Source of the DNA: Phoronis australis | Taxonomy: Eukaryota; Animalia; Phoronida | Assembly (NCBI GenBank): GCA_002633005.1 | Contig: NMRA01001067.1 | Coordinates: forward strand, 10,177 to 60,661 | Direction: 5' to 3' | DNA length: 50,485 bases | Shown: positions 12,457 through 24,622 of the stretch, one piece after another | Layout: every line of letters begins with the position of its first letter | Position numbering within the stretch: the first letter of the stretch is position 1 | Position numbers and translations under genes: made by a program | The notes under the pieces: model-generated | Told to the model about the DNA's origin: nothing | The model's input: only the letters and a program-made list of their open reading frames with translations | Database searches by the model: none

Positions 12457-12719
12457 ATAAGACTCCACAACTGGAGTCGGGTTGTAATACCGTGCCAATT
12501 TATTCACCGAGGATGGCTTCAAGCTGTTACGAACTCTCATTTCTTTCAAACCAAGGCACCACTTCTCGTCGTAGTAACGCTCTGCAAACAATTTGCAATC
12601 AGTTTTTATCTACAGGTGATCTACATTAAAGATTAGTTCCTTTGGTGGCCGGAATGCCACTTCAGTAGCGCCTGAAAACTCCCTGGTTCTGGTTGAGAAA
12701 AGCGCATCATGCATCTTAC

Positions 12720-12838
12720 CTGTATGTTGTCAAGAAAGGCTGCTTGCGGATAAATGTGTTATTTACACTATTTAGTAACACTGTTCTGTCAAACACGAAT
12801 TGTTTTAATGGCTTTGTCGTGTGCTGGAGTGCAGTGTT
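12720..12838 (-). other. Putative non-coding first exon of copy A
   Basis: Consensus donor CAG|GTAAGA at 12720/12719, no ATG, TATA box about 30 bp upstream, conserved in copy B. The 5' boundary is estimated from the TATA position. Confidence 0.6.
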
Positions 12839-12863
12839 AACGAAAACACCAAGGCGCTCATGA

Positions 12864-12869
12864 TTTATA
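12864..12869 (-). promoter_or_regulatory. Putative TATA box, copy A
   Basis: TATAAA on the minus strand, at the same relative position as 23243-23248. Confidence 0.5.
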
Positions 12870-13589
12870 CCTAAAATACGCCATGCCTTTGCACGAGACC
12901 GTGACACGTACAGTCACATTACCCTGATCGATCCTTCACGTGGACTAGTTATAAATCCCACTTCGTCAATAATCGTCTCATGCTAAAACTGCTTATGTTT
13001 TTTTAACTGAAGCAGCCTGGAACTCAAAAAAAAAACGGGTAAATTGCATAATCCAAAGTGGTTCTGTGCCACTGAAACAGAATTCAACATGTTCGCCAGG
13101 TATTTCAACGGTGCGTTCGTAAAAATATTGAATTTCTGGTGATGTCAAGGCATTTTTCTTTTAATTTTGAATTTAAAAACAATCTATGAAGTGCTCGCCA
13201 CTTCGTCGATTTTCTCCCACCCACGCGAAGCACGTTGCCTTATTTGGTATGGCAAGAAATAGACTTAGCACTTTTCCATTGTATGGAAAATGTAGCCTTC
13301 GACCTTTGTTGTAAACAAAAGGATGGCGAATTCAAGCAGCAGCCAGTCCGATTAAGAGGCAATTCATGTAAGCCCTAAGTGTTTAAAATTAAGTATAAGG
13401 TTATCGTAGTATTCAAATACAATGTAAATGCACTTGGATTTTTTTGGGGAATTCGCTAGCTTCACTATCTTGCCTCATACTGTGCTGTCGACCTGAGATT
13501 TGGAGTGCATCCAACTCGTTAGTCAGTTGTTTTTCGAACGACTGCGAGCGCGTGCACGCTTAAAAGTGGATAACGTATACGTTGTAGGA

Positions 13590-13916
13590 CATAGGCGGAT
13601 TTAGGGGGGGGCCCGGGCCCCCCCCCCNNNNNNNNNNNNNNNNNNNNNNNNNNNNNNNNNNNNNNNNNNNNNNNNNNNNNNNNNNNNNNNNNNNNNNTTT
13701 TTTTCTTGGATAATACTTCAGGAATCAAGGAAAATGCTTGATTTTTAGAGGTAAAAACAAAAAAATTTCCTGGGCGGGAGGGGGGTTTGCCCCCCTCCCG
13801 ACCTCCCCCCATTCGGTGCTATGCGCATCTACAATCGTGGTTCAGTTTGCGCAAATGCTTCCAGCCGGACAAAATGTTGGGCCCCCCCCCCTTGTGATAT
13901 CCTAGATCCGCCACTG
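13590..13916 (+). mobile_element. hAT5-like MITE with 5-bp TSD (contains assembly gap 13628-13697)
   Basis: TSD TAGGA at 13585-13589 and 13917-13921. Imperfect TIR CATAGGCGGATTTAGG...CCTAGATCCGCCACTG. Confidence 0.75.
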
Positions 13917-14254
13917 TAGGATGACACTTTCGTTAGGATTTGTTAAAAAGTTATTTTGACGAGCTTTCACGACCCATGCCTCTTTCAAATCCATCTTCTT
14001 ATTGTCTATCGAGACTTCACTATAAAACGAAATAAAACCAAGGCTGTTGGCATGGAGAACGATTCGCTCAGTGCATTTTCCGAAACACGAGACACAAACT
14101 GATTCGGCCCGGATACCCTAAAGACTGGTGTCTAGTCTAAAGAGCCAATACATAATCTCTGCCCATAGAATACAAAGGTATGCTGATAACGGATCACCTT
14201 GCCTACAAGCACGCCCTATGTCAAAAAAGGTAGATGTGACACCGTTTTCTATCA

Positions 14255-15640
14255 ACACATTGATTTGCCCCTCTGTTTAGTATATAGACCCAATTTCTCG
14301 TTGAGTCACCAAAATTAAAGAAATTTAGAATTTTGTCAATAAAAGACCAAGACAAGCAGTCAAACGCCTTTTTGAAGTCCACCAGTACAAGCAATCCCGG
14401 TTTATTAAACTGTTCAGTAAACTGCTCGAAGTCCTAAGTCTGCCTTTTATTTTCTGCTATAAAACGCCCAGAACTAAAACCCTTTTGGTCAGGGTGTATC
14501 AACTTTTGCATTGCAGAACGAACTCGTTGGGGAATACAAGACGACGAAATAGATAGTTCTCTAATTTGACTGTATATTATTTCTTAGTTTATTCCCTTTG
14601 GCTATGATAGTAATAACTCCCTGGAGTTGGGAGTTTGGAAGGAAGCCTCTTCTGAAACTATGATTGTATGCTTTAGTAAGATACTTCTCTAGGTCATTCC
14701 AGAAGAACTTATAAAATTCAGTGGTGAAACCGTTTGGACTTGAACTTTTATTATTTTTCATGTGCTTCACGTAAGCACTTTCGCTTCTGAGATTTCTGAT
14801 TCGAGTGAGTTGCTTTCAGCTTCACTTAATTTAAGAGTTTTGGTGCTCTATAAAACGTTATTTAAATTAACTTCGTCTAGTATTCCGTCTTTACTCGAAT
14901 ACGATTTCTTTCTTTCAAACATTCCTTTCGATCCTCAATTGTTTCACCACTCACCGTTACCATTTTAGTTTTCTATTTGACAAAAGTACGTTTTACCAGA
15001 TTTCAAAAATACCTTTTATGTTTTTCACTTGGCTCAACCCACTTAACCTTTGCTCTTGACGTCACCCCTTTAATTTCTTTAGCTCACATTGATTCGACGA
15101 TTTTCTGTACAAATCAGCGGATGGGTTACTTCGGTTTTGAGAGGAAGTGAAACTGATAAAAGATTCAATCCTTTTTTGCTTGTTATGATTCTTTTTTGTG
15201 ACAACTTTACCATGACGAAATAGTACGTGACCTGACATTCATGAGAATAACTTGTAGGAGAAGACACTCATCTATGTCGGAGGCATCCGCATTAGGTCGT
15301 ATAGTCCCTTACTGCGTTCTCAATTACCTCCTCAGTTGTAGTGACGTATTCTTTGTCTCTGAGAAGGAATTGTTAAATTGCCAGATACCTCGACCCCTCA
15401 CAAGTTTCGGGTTTCTCAACTAAAGAGAGATAAAAGAATGATCTGTTCCATAGACAGGCAGAATTTTGACGTCATCTGTGAGTAAAAGGCGTCTAATTGG
15501 ATCCTTTGTACTGGATTCCTCTGCATCCAGGTAAATGAATTTTTGTCTGAATTGTACACTGTCCAAGGGTAGACAACGTCAAGTTTACCCTTTAGGTTGA
15601 GGGCTTCCTTAGAGCCATTTAAATTATTCTGTCTTTTGTA
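14255..15640 (-). mobile_element. L1/Tx1-type LINE ORF2 fragment (endonuclease end to RT start), degenerate
   Basis: GTDHSFISL..RGRGIWQFNNS, MKNNKSSSPNGFTTEFYKFFWNDL..QGVITIIAKG and DFKKAFDCLSWSFIDKILNFFNFG, with stops and frameshifts. Confidence 0.85.
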
Positions 15641-15714
15641 CCCATGACAATCGTTGTCATAACTTTGTTCAAGATTTCAACCACCGCATACAATTACGAA
15701 TTCATAGTGAAATG

Positions 15715-15965
15715 CGTAACCCGGGAATAGGGGCAACCACTGCAGCGAATTTTTGGTCAACATAAATGAAATGCCCGTGTCGCCAGTGTACTCACACCGT
15801 AACCCGGGTATAGGGAAGAACCTCTACCGAATTTAGGTCAACACCATGCCATGTGGCCAGCATACTCCCACCGTAACCCGAGGATAGAAGGCAACGCCTA
15901 CCCATTTTTAGGTCAACACCATGCCCATTTGGCCAGCATACCCCCGCCGTAACCCAGGGATAGAG
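15715..15965. repeat. Degenerate tandem repeat, about 70-80 bp, roughly 4 units
   Basis: Recurrent CGTAACCC..G.ATAG...TTT(A/T)GGTCAACA...GCCAG.ATAC motif. Confidence 0.7.
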
Positions 15966-17249
15966 AGAAAGTGTTTGGCTAATAATTTTTGAAAATGGCT
16001 AAAAATTTTCGGATACTTTGGCCATTTTGGCTAATACCTTTAAAAGTCTAGCACGAGCCTAGCAAAGCAGACGAATATTCCCATGTTGATTTTTCCTACG
16101 CTGCTGCTGAGCTCTTGAATTATGAAACTCAGAACCAAGGGAAGCCTCGCACTCTCAGCAAGTGGTCTCATTCGTCACGATGGAAGACAGAGAAGAGACT
16201 CCATAAATAATGAGGAATGAGTAAACTACCCTACAAAACCACGTGATCTCAAAGAGCATCAGTGAGCTGATTTGTTAACTCAACCAAATGAAGATATAGG
16301 TCGAAAACGGGGAGCTAAACACGTTCCACAATTCCAAAATCAGACGTCTGACGAACATTCTTATTTCAAACAGTAGAACAGACGTCTCATCAGAAAGAAG
16401 TTCGGAGCGCGTGAACACTGATCTTCAACGCTGCCTGGTCTGTCCTTGTTCACATAGACTTCTTTGTTAATCGCCGCCATTTTGGCATGGGCAAATGTAG
16501 ACTGGAAAATTTCTCGAACTTCACCAGCAATACACTTGTAAGCTTAAGGTTCTGTGTGTGGATGTGACAATCAGAGCAATCAAAACGATAGCTGTGTTCA
16601 AATTCGGGTAATGGTTGTAGCTAGGCCTATCACTTGCAGACTTAATATGGTGAAAAGGTAAACCAGGGAGGTCAAATTTGATTTATGAGATAAGTAAACG
16701 GTTACATTTATCTGGTTATTCATCTTCCAAGCAATGTCACATGATTTTTGTCTTATACGTTATTAAGTTTTCAATTTCAAGTTAATCCAACACCTGCCTT
16801 AGTTTCGGAAATATCCGAAAGAGCGCTCTTGACAACAGTCTTTTTTTCTGAAAAAACGGTGACGGAAATAAGGGCGTTCTTCCGGAAACTAGTTACTTTT
16901 TGAATGTTAGGAATAACTGCACGCCAAATGCAAGTGTTCCATTAATGGTGAAATCACTCCATCAATATTAAAAAACACAATAATTGGCACGAACGCAGTC
17001 GGGAACCAATTTACGACTCAGATCCATGCGTGGGGTTCAAGGGAGTGGTAGTGCTAAACTCAAGAATGTCGAAAATAACCGGTGATATATATTTTTGTAA
17101 AAACAGTAACTAAAGAGCTGCATTGTTAAAACAATGTAGCCGTCAATTTTGAATTCACGGGTGTGTAGTTTACATCACAAGTGAAAACGTCATGATCTTG
17201 GAGGTTGAAACCGAAGCAATTAACACAAAATGACTGATGACAAAAATAT

Positions 17250-17255
17250 TTTATT
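17250..17255 (-). promoter_or_regulatory. Putative polyadenylation signal of copy B
   Basis: AATAAA on the minus strand about 60 nt after the stop codon. Confidence 0.5.
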
Positions 17256-17313
17256 TGGATTAGTTCACAGTCGTCGTGCGTTATCATATTGGCATGGAGC
17301 CGGTGGTACGATG

Positions 17314-17507
17314 TTATATGGAGCAGGGAGTAGTTGCGATGTGATCACAATAGCACCTCTCCCCCACTGTATTGAAGCGGGTGCCCTTTGGACACTTGTG
17401 AAGGTAGGTTGAGCCGTGAGTGCCTCTCTGTGTGAAGAACTTGCAGTTCATATCCGGTACAACGCAGTATGTATTTCCGGCTGTGCTACAGCAGTCTCGC
17501 GGCACGA
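17314..17507 (-). CDS. Copy B terminal exon, CBM14/peritrophin-A-like domain
   Basis: TTTCAG acceptor, phase 1. Encodes LVPRDCCSTAGNTYCVVPDMNCKFFTQRGTHGSTYLHKCPKGTRFNTVGERCYCDHIATTPCSI*, with the CPxGTxFN...CD...C signature. Confidence 0.85.
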
Positions 17508-20500
17508 CTGAAATGATGGAAGAAACTCGAAGTGATATACTGTATCAGTTTTGTCAAAGAAGTGTGAGATATTTTGCAATATTACCGGCAAAACGACTGC
17601 TTAAAGATGACGGTTGCTGGTAATTATTAAAATTTACTACATGCTCAACGTTTATATTTATATAAAACGTATTTGACGACTCAATTATTGGCGTACAACC
17701 AGGGCCCGGTCTCCAATCTTTGTACTCGAAACGAACTCGAAACTATTTTTGGCAATTTCTCTGCTCCTTTTGTGCCAACTTAAGATAACTGGTTATCAGA
17801 CTGTGCTCGAATACATTATAGTTTATGCATAGGAGTTTCTAGTTCAAGTTTGCCCTTGAAGATCCTTATATTCGTGCTACAATCTCGAGTAAAAACTCGA
17901 AATTTTGAGTTCAAACTCGAACTTATTGCTTTAATATTGGGTTTACAAACTGTGAACTAAGGGCAATAAATCATCTACGTAAGTTATTGTGTACTCGAGC
18001 ATAGAATAATAGACAATTATCTTGAGTTTGCCCAAAAGTAGAGTAGAAAATGCCAAACCTAATTTCGAGTTCCATTTCGAGTAAAAAGATTGGAGACCGG
18101 CCCCAGGTCTCGGCAAAAAACTTTTGGAAACAGTGTGGTCTTCGAAACGCCATTTTCTTTCCTTTCAACGTGGACGGCACAGCATTGAAATAAGTGCGGG
18201 CTAAAGCCCCAAAGCCCCCCGCCCAGCTGCCTATGGTGCGCCGCCCATGATTAAGCTTTTCGAATGAACTTATTCACTCGGAGAATCATTTTTTTACTTT
18301 TCGCTTGTCACTCCACCATTTGGAATTTTTAACCTAAGGGTGAACTCATAGACTAAACCATTCACAGAGCTCATTGGTTTGCGTTCAGGTCACCATATGA
18401 CGTCATTAGGTAAAAAATTAAGCTCACAAGATTGAAGACGATTTGATTCGTTGTTGTTAGAAAAAGGTAAAAGAAGTGAATTACAACCGGTAAGTCCGTT
18501 TGTGGTTTTCTAAACGTGTCAAGGAAATTTAATTTTGTTAATGTGATACTAACATACTGAACAAAAATTTTCCTCCCATGTTTTGGTTTGTAATCTTTTT
18601 CACTAAGTGGCGAAAAGCTCTCAGGTGGAACTTCAGCTCTGTTTACAGGCTTGGCTACATGGAACTGCCATTTTGAAAAAAAAGTGAATCTTCAGTCGAA
18701 TTAATGGACTCTTCTCACTAACAAAACATTTACAAGGGCAAGCAAACTAGATTTCTTAAAGCGACATTAAACCTGTGCTCAGTGTCGTAAACCAACTTAT
18801 GACTAAGGCAACCTGGTCTGATCAGTTCCCTATTCATTTTAGAAAGGATTTCTGGATTTTGGGAAACTGATGGTTCTTTATTTCAGTGCTACCTTGTGGA
18901 TGAGCTTAGTCTGAAGGACTAACGACTGCCTTTCGTATACTTATTTACCATGGTGTTTGAGACTAAATGTTGATACTTGGTCCTCAGCTCAAGATACCCA
19001 ACTTACGTTGTGGATTGAAAATTCTAAACACGCCTTGAGCTTCACTTGTATAGACTCCAACATCAGGGCTCACTGGACGAGTTCTGTACTTAGGATCTTT
19101 TAACGTCAGCAAGACTTGGTTAGCGGTACCAAACTGAAAAATTAAGTCAAGTTAGGTCGCCATTTAAAAAAGTACCTCTTTTTAGGTTTAAAAATGCAAT
19201 TGAGACAAAAATGTAACGAGGCACGCGAAAAATTTGCGTTTTGCACTGTGATTAAGCGCTGAATGCACTGGTTTTTAAAACCTAGAAGGAGGCTCTTTGT
19301 AACTTTGGTGACTACATGAATAAGACATGACAGCGTTTTGTCGTTCAGCAATTTTTTCCAGACGTGAGGGGTTCTGAACGTGCGATAACATCTGACTCCT
19401 TTGTTAACTGCCCAGCACAATCTTTTGTCCCGTATGACAACAAGCAGGCCAATTGTCTCCCAGGCTTCAAAGGGTTACTGAAACCTGGCAGAATGGATTG
19501 TCTTAACTTCTGTTGTAGTTGGGCGATTTTGGTGACACAAAAACTAAACACGATCAGCATTTGACAAGGAATTCTGAAATACTATTGGTTTTTGTTCAAA
19601 TATGTTATAACTTAACTTATATTTATAGCAGCACAACCCAGTCAGGCTAGACAGGATCTGATCGGAAATTAGAGCAATTATCAAACAAAAGAGAGCCAGG
19701 CCTCCAAACATAAATGTCAGAATGGAGTTAACCAGTCGTGTGAGATATTGGCTACAGGGGTAAACTTTCCAACTTGTTGGGCTATAGAATCGAACAAGTA
19801 GGGAGCAACGGGAGAACACCGTAAAGATGTATCATTGTTAAAGGCCTGATTGAATACGCATTACCTACTAGTGTACAGGACAAACTGCAAGTAGTAAAAG
19901 TAGTGCGCCATTGATTTTTCCGTTGCCACTCACCATTTCATACTTGTTCTCGCTGCACGGAACTCAAGTCAATCATTTCCAAGTTCAAATTAAGATCATG
20001 TAGGACCGTATAAAAATGGTTAACTTGAGATCATCATATCTCAGACATGGCTGATCGAGTTCAAACTTCGAGATACCATGAGCTCACATACACTGCTTTT
20101 CCAAGCACAATTAGGAATTGTTTTTGAAATGTCTCATTTTTGCATGAGCGGCTATCAAAAAATAGGATATGATTTTTATGAAAATACTCTGAAGATGCAT
20201 AAAACGAAAGGGAAAGAATATATTACAAAATTGTTACAGCGTTGTTGAGATCTCAACTCTTGCATGCTGGTTTCAAGTAAAATATAATCATGTTGTTGCC
20301 AACCGTCGTGTTGCTATGGAAGTACCTTGGTTTTTCGCTAAAATTTACTAAAATGCCATAGTTGCCTGACCTATAATCAAATTGTTCACGCTTTCTACTG
20401 TTATTGGTTTAAAATCGTTTTGCAGATATTTGGCATGTATATGCTACAACATACGTATGCAGAACCTTCTCGACAAGATTGAATATTTAGCAGAACGTCA

Positions 20501-21861
20501 ACAAGATTTTAACTCAGTAAAAGAATATATTTCTGAATGTAAATAGCCTGTAGAATTTTGATTTGTGACTTTTTACTGACCTCGCCATTGACTTGGTTAT
20601 GTGACCATGACCCATTAGTACAAGTGATAGCAAAACGGGGGTATCAATAACATGACCAAATTTCGTTTGATGTGAATGTTCAAGATGAAATCTCAAAAAA
20701 CGCTGATACAGTTTTCTAAATTATCATTTCGGTTTGGTTTAATGTAACTTTGATTTTTTTCATGAAAATCATAAATTTAAACAATTTTTAATAGTATTGT
20801 GGAGAACTATCATATATAGTATCTGAATATAGTTGCAGTCACGGGTGATGCTGTTACCAATACTTTCGCATAGGTCTCTTGAGAACAGGCCAAGAACTGA
20901 GAAGTCATAGCTTTCACCCATACCAAAACCGCAGATATTTCTAGTTAAACATACTCTTGACGAACGTTTTACCTCCAGTAGTCCACCTGCTCCCCGCCAT
21001 TTTATGTAGAACTGGACGAACTTGTTACAGTCAAGCAGCTTCCTTCTCAAAATTGCCTCAGGTTGTTGAAACCCACCAGTGATGACGTAGAGTACATTCT
21101 CGTTGTTTAATGGCCCACCCCCCAATACGAGATGGTAGTCCTTGTAGAAAAGGCCATTTGGTTGCATTTTACCAATAGACAGAAACGCTGTGGTGTCACA
21201 CGCTTTCACTTGGAACTTGACGTAGTTGTAGCTGCTGAAGTCGTATTTTGATTGGACGAGATGAGTCGTAGGCGGCGTGATGATGGTTTCAAATTTTTCT
21301 GTAGTTCAAATAACACGCAACTAGTTAATAAAACAATTAAAATGTCAATAATATCATATAATATCGCCGGGTCATATTGCCCTAAACCATTATCCGCAAG
21401 ACCAGAACCACAAAACGCCTATTTTGTAAACTGATTATCTGGAGGCTGCTTCAGATGTCGTAAGACCGGTTCCAGCTTAATCCGGTTGTAAGCACGTTAT
21501 TGCGAAGGCGTCGCCGCGTTTTCGTTTCACCACAGCACAACATTGGTGCTATCGTAAACGTGATGGTATTTCACACTGAGTTCCGTTTAAAGCCGACCAC
21601 CAGTAACCACGTTAATGGCTTTTTTGGCTCAATCAAATTTGACCGAACTTAAGACTTGGGATGTCGGGATCATGGGCCATCAATACTATGTTTGAGAAAC
21701 GTGGTGACAACTTACGTGGCTGCTGTGAAAAGGAATAAACTGTTCTAGAGGCAAATTCACTCAAAATCTAAAAATAAAAAGCATGACATGCAAACCTCAC
21801 CAGCTGTAAGGATGTTGCCGACATTGGCCGTGAGTAGCGCTAGTGTCACAAGAGTCCACAT
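17314..21861 (-). CDS. Complete spliced gene, copy B: secreted Methyltransf_FA-domain + chitin-binding type-2 domain protein (235 aa)
   Basis: join(21801-21861, 20973-21298, 19007-19133, 17314-17507) = 61+326+127+194 = 708 nt. All introns GT-AG, phases 1/0/1 compatible, no internal stop. Confidence 0.88.
17703..18103. mobile_element. PIF/Harbinger-like MITE
   Basis: Long TIR GGCCCGGTCTCCAATCTTT.TACTCGAAA...TTTCGAGTAAAAAGATTGGAGACCGGCCC with a 3-bp TSD CAG on both sides. Confidence 0.8.
19007..19133 (-). CDS. Copy B third coding exon
   Basis: 127 nt with AG/GT boundaries, encoding FGTANQVLLTLKDPKYRTRPVSPDVGVYTSEAQGVFRIFNPQ. Confidence 0.88.
19326..19827. mobile_element. Copy-B-specific intronic insertion, interspersed repeat
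   Basis: Copy A reads ATGAATAAGATGTATCATTG uninterrupted near 2952. The right end recurs at 27759-27830. Weak terminal inverted similarity. Confidence 0.55.
20973..21298 (-). CDS. Copy B second coding exon (Methyltransf_FA-like domain)
   Basis: 326 nt, CTACAG acceptor, GTAAAA donor. EKFETIITPPTTHLVQSKYDFSSYNYVKFQVKACDTTAFLSIGK...FYIKWRGAGGLLE. Confidence 0.88.
21801..21861 (-). CDS. Copy B signal-peptide exon
   Basis: MWTLVTLALLTANVGNILTA with a phase-1 GTGAGG donor; acceptor at 21889-21890. Confidence 0.85.
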
Positions 21862-23096
21862 GGTTCTACTTGAGTCAGAAGAAAGCACCTGTAATTAAAC
21901 ACAGCTGACAAAAAAATGTCAAAACTACCCTCATTCCAGGCCCCCTGGAGCATACCTACGATTATTTGGAGAACTGAGTTCACCATCTTTCTGTTTGTTT
22001 TGAAATGTTTTCTTATTGAATAGACTAATCTACCAACCACGGAATCTATCAGTATATGTATTTTCTTATCACTTGTGTAGCCTTACCTCATTCAATATTG
22101 TTCTCACCGTTACATGATACTCACGTCCGTGATTAGTCGGCTTAAATCAAATTGCTCTCAAATTTTTGTATTATGCAAGGCTCGGTTCTCCAAAGCCCAG
22201 AACACAAACGGAGAAAACGGTACCCTCGTGTAGGTTAAAATTATACTCTTTGTTTCCCGTAGTCAAAAGATTTGCATACGGCCAGGAATGCATTACCTGA
22301 TGCCAATGATACGGCGTAATTTAGATATTTTCAATTATTAGCCAAAAATTCTTCTACAACTCGTCGCAAGTCGCTGGAAACTATGTTACGGACTAGGGAT
22401 ACATCTGGTGTGTCCTAGGCTGGTACACAACATTTTCTTGAACAACACTGAACTTCAAGTCCACCTGTCCTTTTCATTACCCTGTCGTCGTCGTCAATTC
22501 ATCGCGTTCATCCTCCGTTTTCGTTGACCCGTTTGCCCCCACAAAAACTCATTATTGGTTTACACCACTTATATTTTTAAGAAATAAGCCTCAACTCATT
22601 TCGTAGGGTTAATTTTGAGGAAAATCTACGCATGGAAAGAACTCCGCTCATTATTGCTTAATACCAGTAGTTCTTTCCAAGAAACCGACTAAGTTCATTT
22701 TTATTTAAGTCTAACATTTGTCTCAACTTTCAAATTTTGAAACTCCCACATCTGGTAAGATAGTCGAAAGTAACACAAAACTTATGCGGAAAATTTAATT
22801 TTTACTATAAAATTTATTAAAATTTAAGATTTTTCTTAAGTCACATTCATTGCAACGGGCCCCAAGACTTCACAACTGAAGTAAGATGGCTTGTTTTACC
22901 GCATCATTTTTTGCATTAAGGATGGTCTGAAGCTGTTACGAACTCTCATTTCGTTCAAAGCAAGACACTTCTCGTCGGAGTTGCGATCAGTTTTTATCTA
23001 CATTAAAGATTAGTTTCTGTGGTGGCCGGAATGTCCCTTCAGTAGCGCCTGAAAACTCGCTGGTACCCGCTGAGAAAAGCGCATCATGCATCTTAC

Positions 23097-23217
23097 CTGT
23101 ATGTTGTCAAGAATGTCTGCTTGCGGATAAATGTGTTATTTATACTATTTAGTAACACTGTTCTGTCAAGCACGAACTGTTTTAATGGCTTTGTCGTGTA
23201 AAGGAGTGCAGTGTTAA
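23097..23217 (-). other. Putative non-coding first exon of copy B
   Basis: CAG|GTAAGA donor at 23097/23096; paralogous to 12720-12838. The 5' boundary is estimated. Confidence 0.6.
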
Positions 23218-23242
23218 CGAAAACACATTTAGACGCTCATTA

Positions 23243-23248
23243 TTTATA
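23243..23248 (-). promoter_or_regulatory. Putative TATA box, copy B
   Basis: TATAAA on the minus strand upstream of the putative first exon. Confidence 0.5.
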
Positions 23249-23323
23249 CCTAAAAACGTTATGCCTTTGCACGAGTCCGACACACATAGTCACGATTCCC
23301 TGCTGAATCGCTGAGGTGGACTG

Positions 23324-23900
23324 CTCGCTGGTTCCCTGCGTGTCCGCTGGGAGGTAAAGAACACGCAGGTATCATTTATTTTTCGTCGGGAAATTTTTTT
23401 ACATCGGCGTTTCTGATAGGCTGGTCGAATTCTCAACAGGTAGCGCTTTACGCAAACAAACTGGCAAGACTGCTGGAGGAATTGTAAATGTGGTCACTTG
23501 TACAGACATATCGATGTTTAATTCTTGTTCAAGAAATATGTGAATCAAAAACTTGTGATTGCACCTTTTCGGAATGCACTAATCTACTGTCGCTGACTTT
23601 TGTTTACGCTGCTGTCCTATATTCACAAAGTATGAATAACACACCGGTTAAATCGGTCAGATGTGTGTTTCTTATACATGTATGTGCTTCAAGCACGCGG
23701 CTATTCAACGTTACTGCAGAAACGAAATAGTTGCTGTTATGCCACTTGCATGACAAGGCTAAAAATCGTTCATAGTCCGTCATTTTCTTTTTTTGTTGTT
23801 GTAAAGTTAGCCAATGCCTTCCGAGGTTACATCAACCAATGATAAAACGCGTGCTACTGAATGATACCTGTGTGTTCTCTACATGCAGAGAAACAGCGAG
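23324..23900. mobile_element. MITE with 8-10 bp TSD in the copy B promoter
   Basis: TIR CTCGCTGGTTCCCTGCGTGT...ACATGCAGAGAAACAGCGAG. Flanks AGGTGGACTG (23314-23323) and ACGTGGACTG (23901-23910). Single ACGTGGACT in copy A near 12938. Confidence 0.75.
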
Positions 23901-24622
23901 ACGTGGACTGATCATAAATCCCGCTTCGTCAAGATTCGTCTCGTATTAAAGCAGCTGAGAGGCCTGGAACTCGAGTAATTACATAATTCAAAGTGCTTTT
24001 TTGCGTTTCAAAAATAATTCAACATGTTCATCAGATATTTTTACGTTTTGTTTGTAAAAAAATGAATTTCTGTTGATGTTTAAGCATTTTCTTTTAATTT
24101 TGAATTTCAAAAAGGCGATATGTCAACTGGTCGTAACTTCGTCGATTTTTCTTCGACCAAGGCAAAGCACGTTGCCTTATTTGGTATGATTAGACCTAGA
24201 CGTAGCACCTTTCCCTTTGACCTTTGATTCAAACAAAACAATGGCGACTTCAAGCAGCAGCCGGTCCGATTAACAGGCAATTGATATAAATCATATAAGT
24301 GTTTGAAATTAGTTATGGTGTAACAAATATATTCTAAAATGGAGTGCGATTACACATGATAGTCTGTGAGCGCATGCGGGCTTGCATTATAAGTGGGGAG
24401 GAGATTAGAAAATCTGTGGTGACTACAAAGTTTTTCTTTAGCGTGTATTAAAAAATAGATTATTTTGGGATTTTTTCTGGAAATTCCCTCACACTTGAAA
24501 GTGAATAACTCTGTTGTAGACCATGTGGGATAGTACTTTCATCAGAAATTGTTTCAAAGATATTTTTGACGAACTTTCGTGTTCCATGGCTCTTTAAAAT
24601 TTATCTTTTGACTTGTTTTCTA

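Larger units (their letters stand above)
1880..14100. repeat. Segmental duplication, copy A (paralogous to about 18260-24720)
   Basis: Colinear similarity across exons, introns and upstream region, e.g. 2519-2790 vs 18866-19136, 3676-3978 vs 20322-20620, 12640-12880 vs 23020-23260, 13930-14100 vs 24550-24720. Boundaries approximate. Confidence 0.9.
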
